Below are positions 63,004 through 64,000 of a stretch of DNA of 64,000 bases, in pieces. Source of the stretch: Candidatus Dojkabacteria bacterium (GTDB taxonomy: Bacteria; Patescibacteriota; Dojkabacteria; SC72); contig JACPFP010000002.1 of the NCBI GenBank assembly GCA_016182915.1, positions 27,188 through 91,187 of the forward strand, given 5' to 3'. Every line of letters starts with the position of its first letter. Position 1 is the stretch's first letter. The notes under the pieces were generated by a model, which saw nothing but the letters and a program-made list of their open reading frames with translations, was not told the DNA's origin and searched no databases. A program made the translations under genes and the position numbers.

Positions 63004-64000
63004 GAAAATACTTACAATAATAATTAGCCTAGTGGCCATTGGATTTATTCTAACCACATACACATTATATGGTTATAACTATCTTCTCCAGAGTTCTCTG
63101 TACGTTAATATTCTCACCTCTTCAATATTCTTCCTTCCCGGACTAATTGCTGTCACAGTACTTAATGGAAAGTTTTTTGGTACTAAGTATTTGCTAGGTT
63201 TTCTACTCTATCCAACAGCATATCTGTTTTCAATTCTCCTATTTAGTGAGTTTGGAATACTCCCTGAGAAGTTCTATGCTACATTTGGAGTACTAATTAC
63301 GATAGTAACTCCATTGCTAGTGGGAATTGCATCTTTCAAAAAGGGAAAGACTGGAAAAGAAATAACTGAGAATATAATACTGTTCCTTTTTGCTTTAGGA
63401 ATTGTATCCGGCTTTAATCAACTAATAGGACTCCAAAAGGACTCCCTCTTAAGCCTAGATTTTCTACAGCATAATGCCGTTGTAATGGAGATGAAAGAAG
63501 GCCATACCTGCTTCACACCAAATCAGTGTAGCAATCTCTTTCAGAAGTTAGGATACACTAGTGTTTTTCATAGCATACAGGCAATCCTTACAATGAGTAT
63601 ACATCTCCCACTAGGAGAAATCTTCGTTACACTAAGTCAGATATTTACAGCATTTTCATTCACGATAATCTATAGATACATAACAAAACTAGGCATACCT
63701 TGGTATCTCAATATTCTCGCATCACTAATAGCAATATCCATATTTGACCTTGGAGCACACTCATTTACCTATTTCCTACCACAAACCATGGCGCTAATGC
63801 TATTCGTGATAGCTTTGCAGAGCGAAAAGTGGAGAATATCTACAACATTATTTACGATTTCCGTACTTATACTCTCGCATTTCGTAATAGGAAGTTATTT
63901 GTCATTTCTACTTATTTCTTATATTTTATTTTTCTCGCCTAAAATGACTACAAAGGTACCTTTGACAATAACCGCATTGTTAACCCTTGCCCTCGTAGTG
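62996..64000 (+). CDS. polytopic integral membrane protein (partial, runs off the window end)
   Basis: Manual translation from the ATG at 62996 stays open to the window end, giving more than 330 aa with many TM helices. It overlaps the upstream stop by 8 bp. Confidence 0.5.
   Translation, partial: MIKKILTIIISLVAIGFILTTYTLYGYNYLLQSSLYVNILTSSIFFLPGLIAVTVLNGKFFGTKYLLGFLLYPTAYLFSILLFSEFGILPEKFYATFGVLITIVTPLLVGIASFKKGKTGKEITENIILFLFALGIVSGFNQLIGLQKDSLLSLDFLQHNAVVMEMKEGHTCFTPNQCSNLFQKLGYTSVFHSIQAILTMSIHLPLGEIFVTLSQIFTAFSFTIIYRYITKLGIPWYLNILASLIAISIFDLGAHSFTYFLPQTMALMLFVIALQSEKWRISTTLFTISVLILSHFVIGSYLSFLLISYILFFSPKMTTKVPLTITALLTLALVV

Overview
This is a low-GC (about 33-36%), gene-dense bacterial window, apparently from a small-genome monoderm-type lineage, possibly CPR/Patescibacteria. 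That lineage guess is inference from gene content and composition. Coordinates 1-17.2 kb are a single minus-strand type IV pilus (T4P) locus. It reads pilB, a pilT with a roughly 400-aa low-complexity N-terminal extension, pilC, the major pilin, an intrinsic terminator, pilD, three minor pilins, a PilX-like gene, a CheY-like receiver, three uncharacterised membrane or secreted proteins including an 825-aa Cys-rich secreted protein, then pilM, pilN and a partial pilO. No secretin is present. The rest is mostly housekeeping: mutS, a PEP-synthase-like enzyme, tig-clpP, tRNA-Val(GAC), a small base-excision/nuclease/Nudix cluster, a polyprenyl synthase, gyrB and gyrA, and an M15B peptidase. There are two sortase paralogs, one sitting next to a candidate substrate. 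The 57.4-62.4 kb stretch looks accessory. It has a ~150-bp direct duplication of the M15 peptidase 3' end flanking a Bro-N fragment, an ImmA/IrrE-like HExxH protein, and a roughly 650-bp GC-rich (about 50%) lipoprotein gene with foreign codon usage. I did not recognise a CRISPR array, integrase or transposase. The most novel-looking content is the uncharacterised accessory genes inside the T4P locus and the relic-insertion/foreign-gene island near the 3' end.
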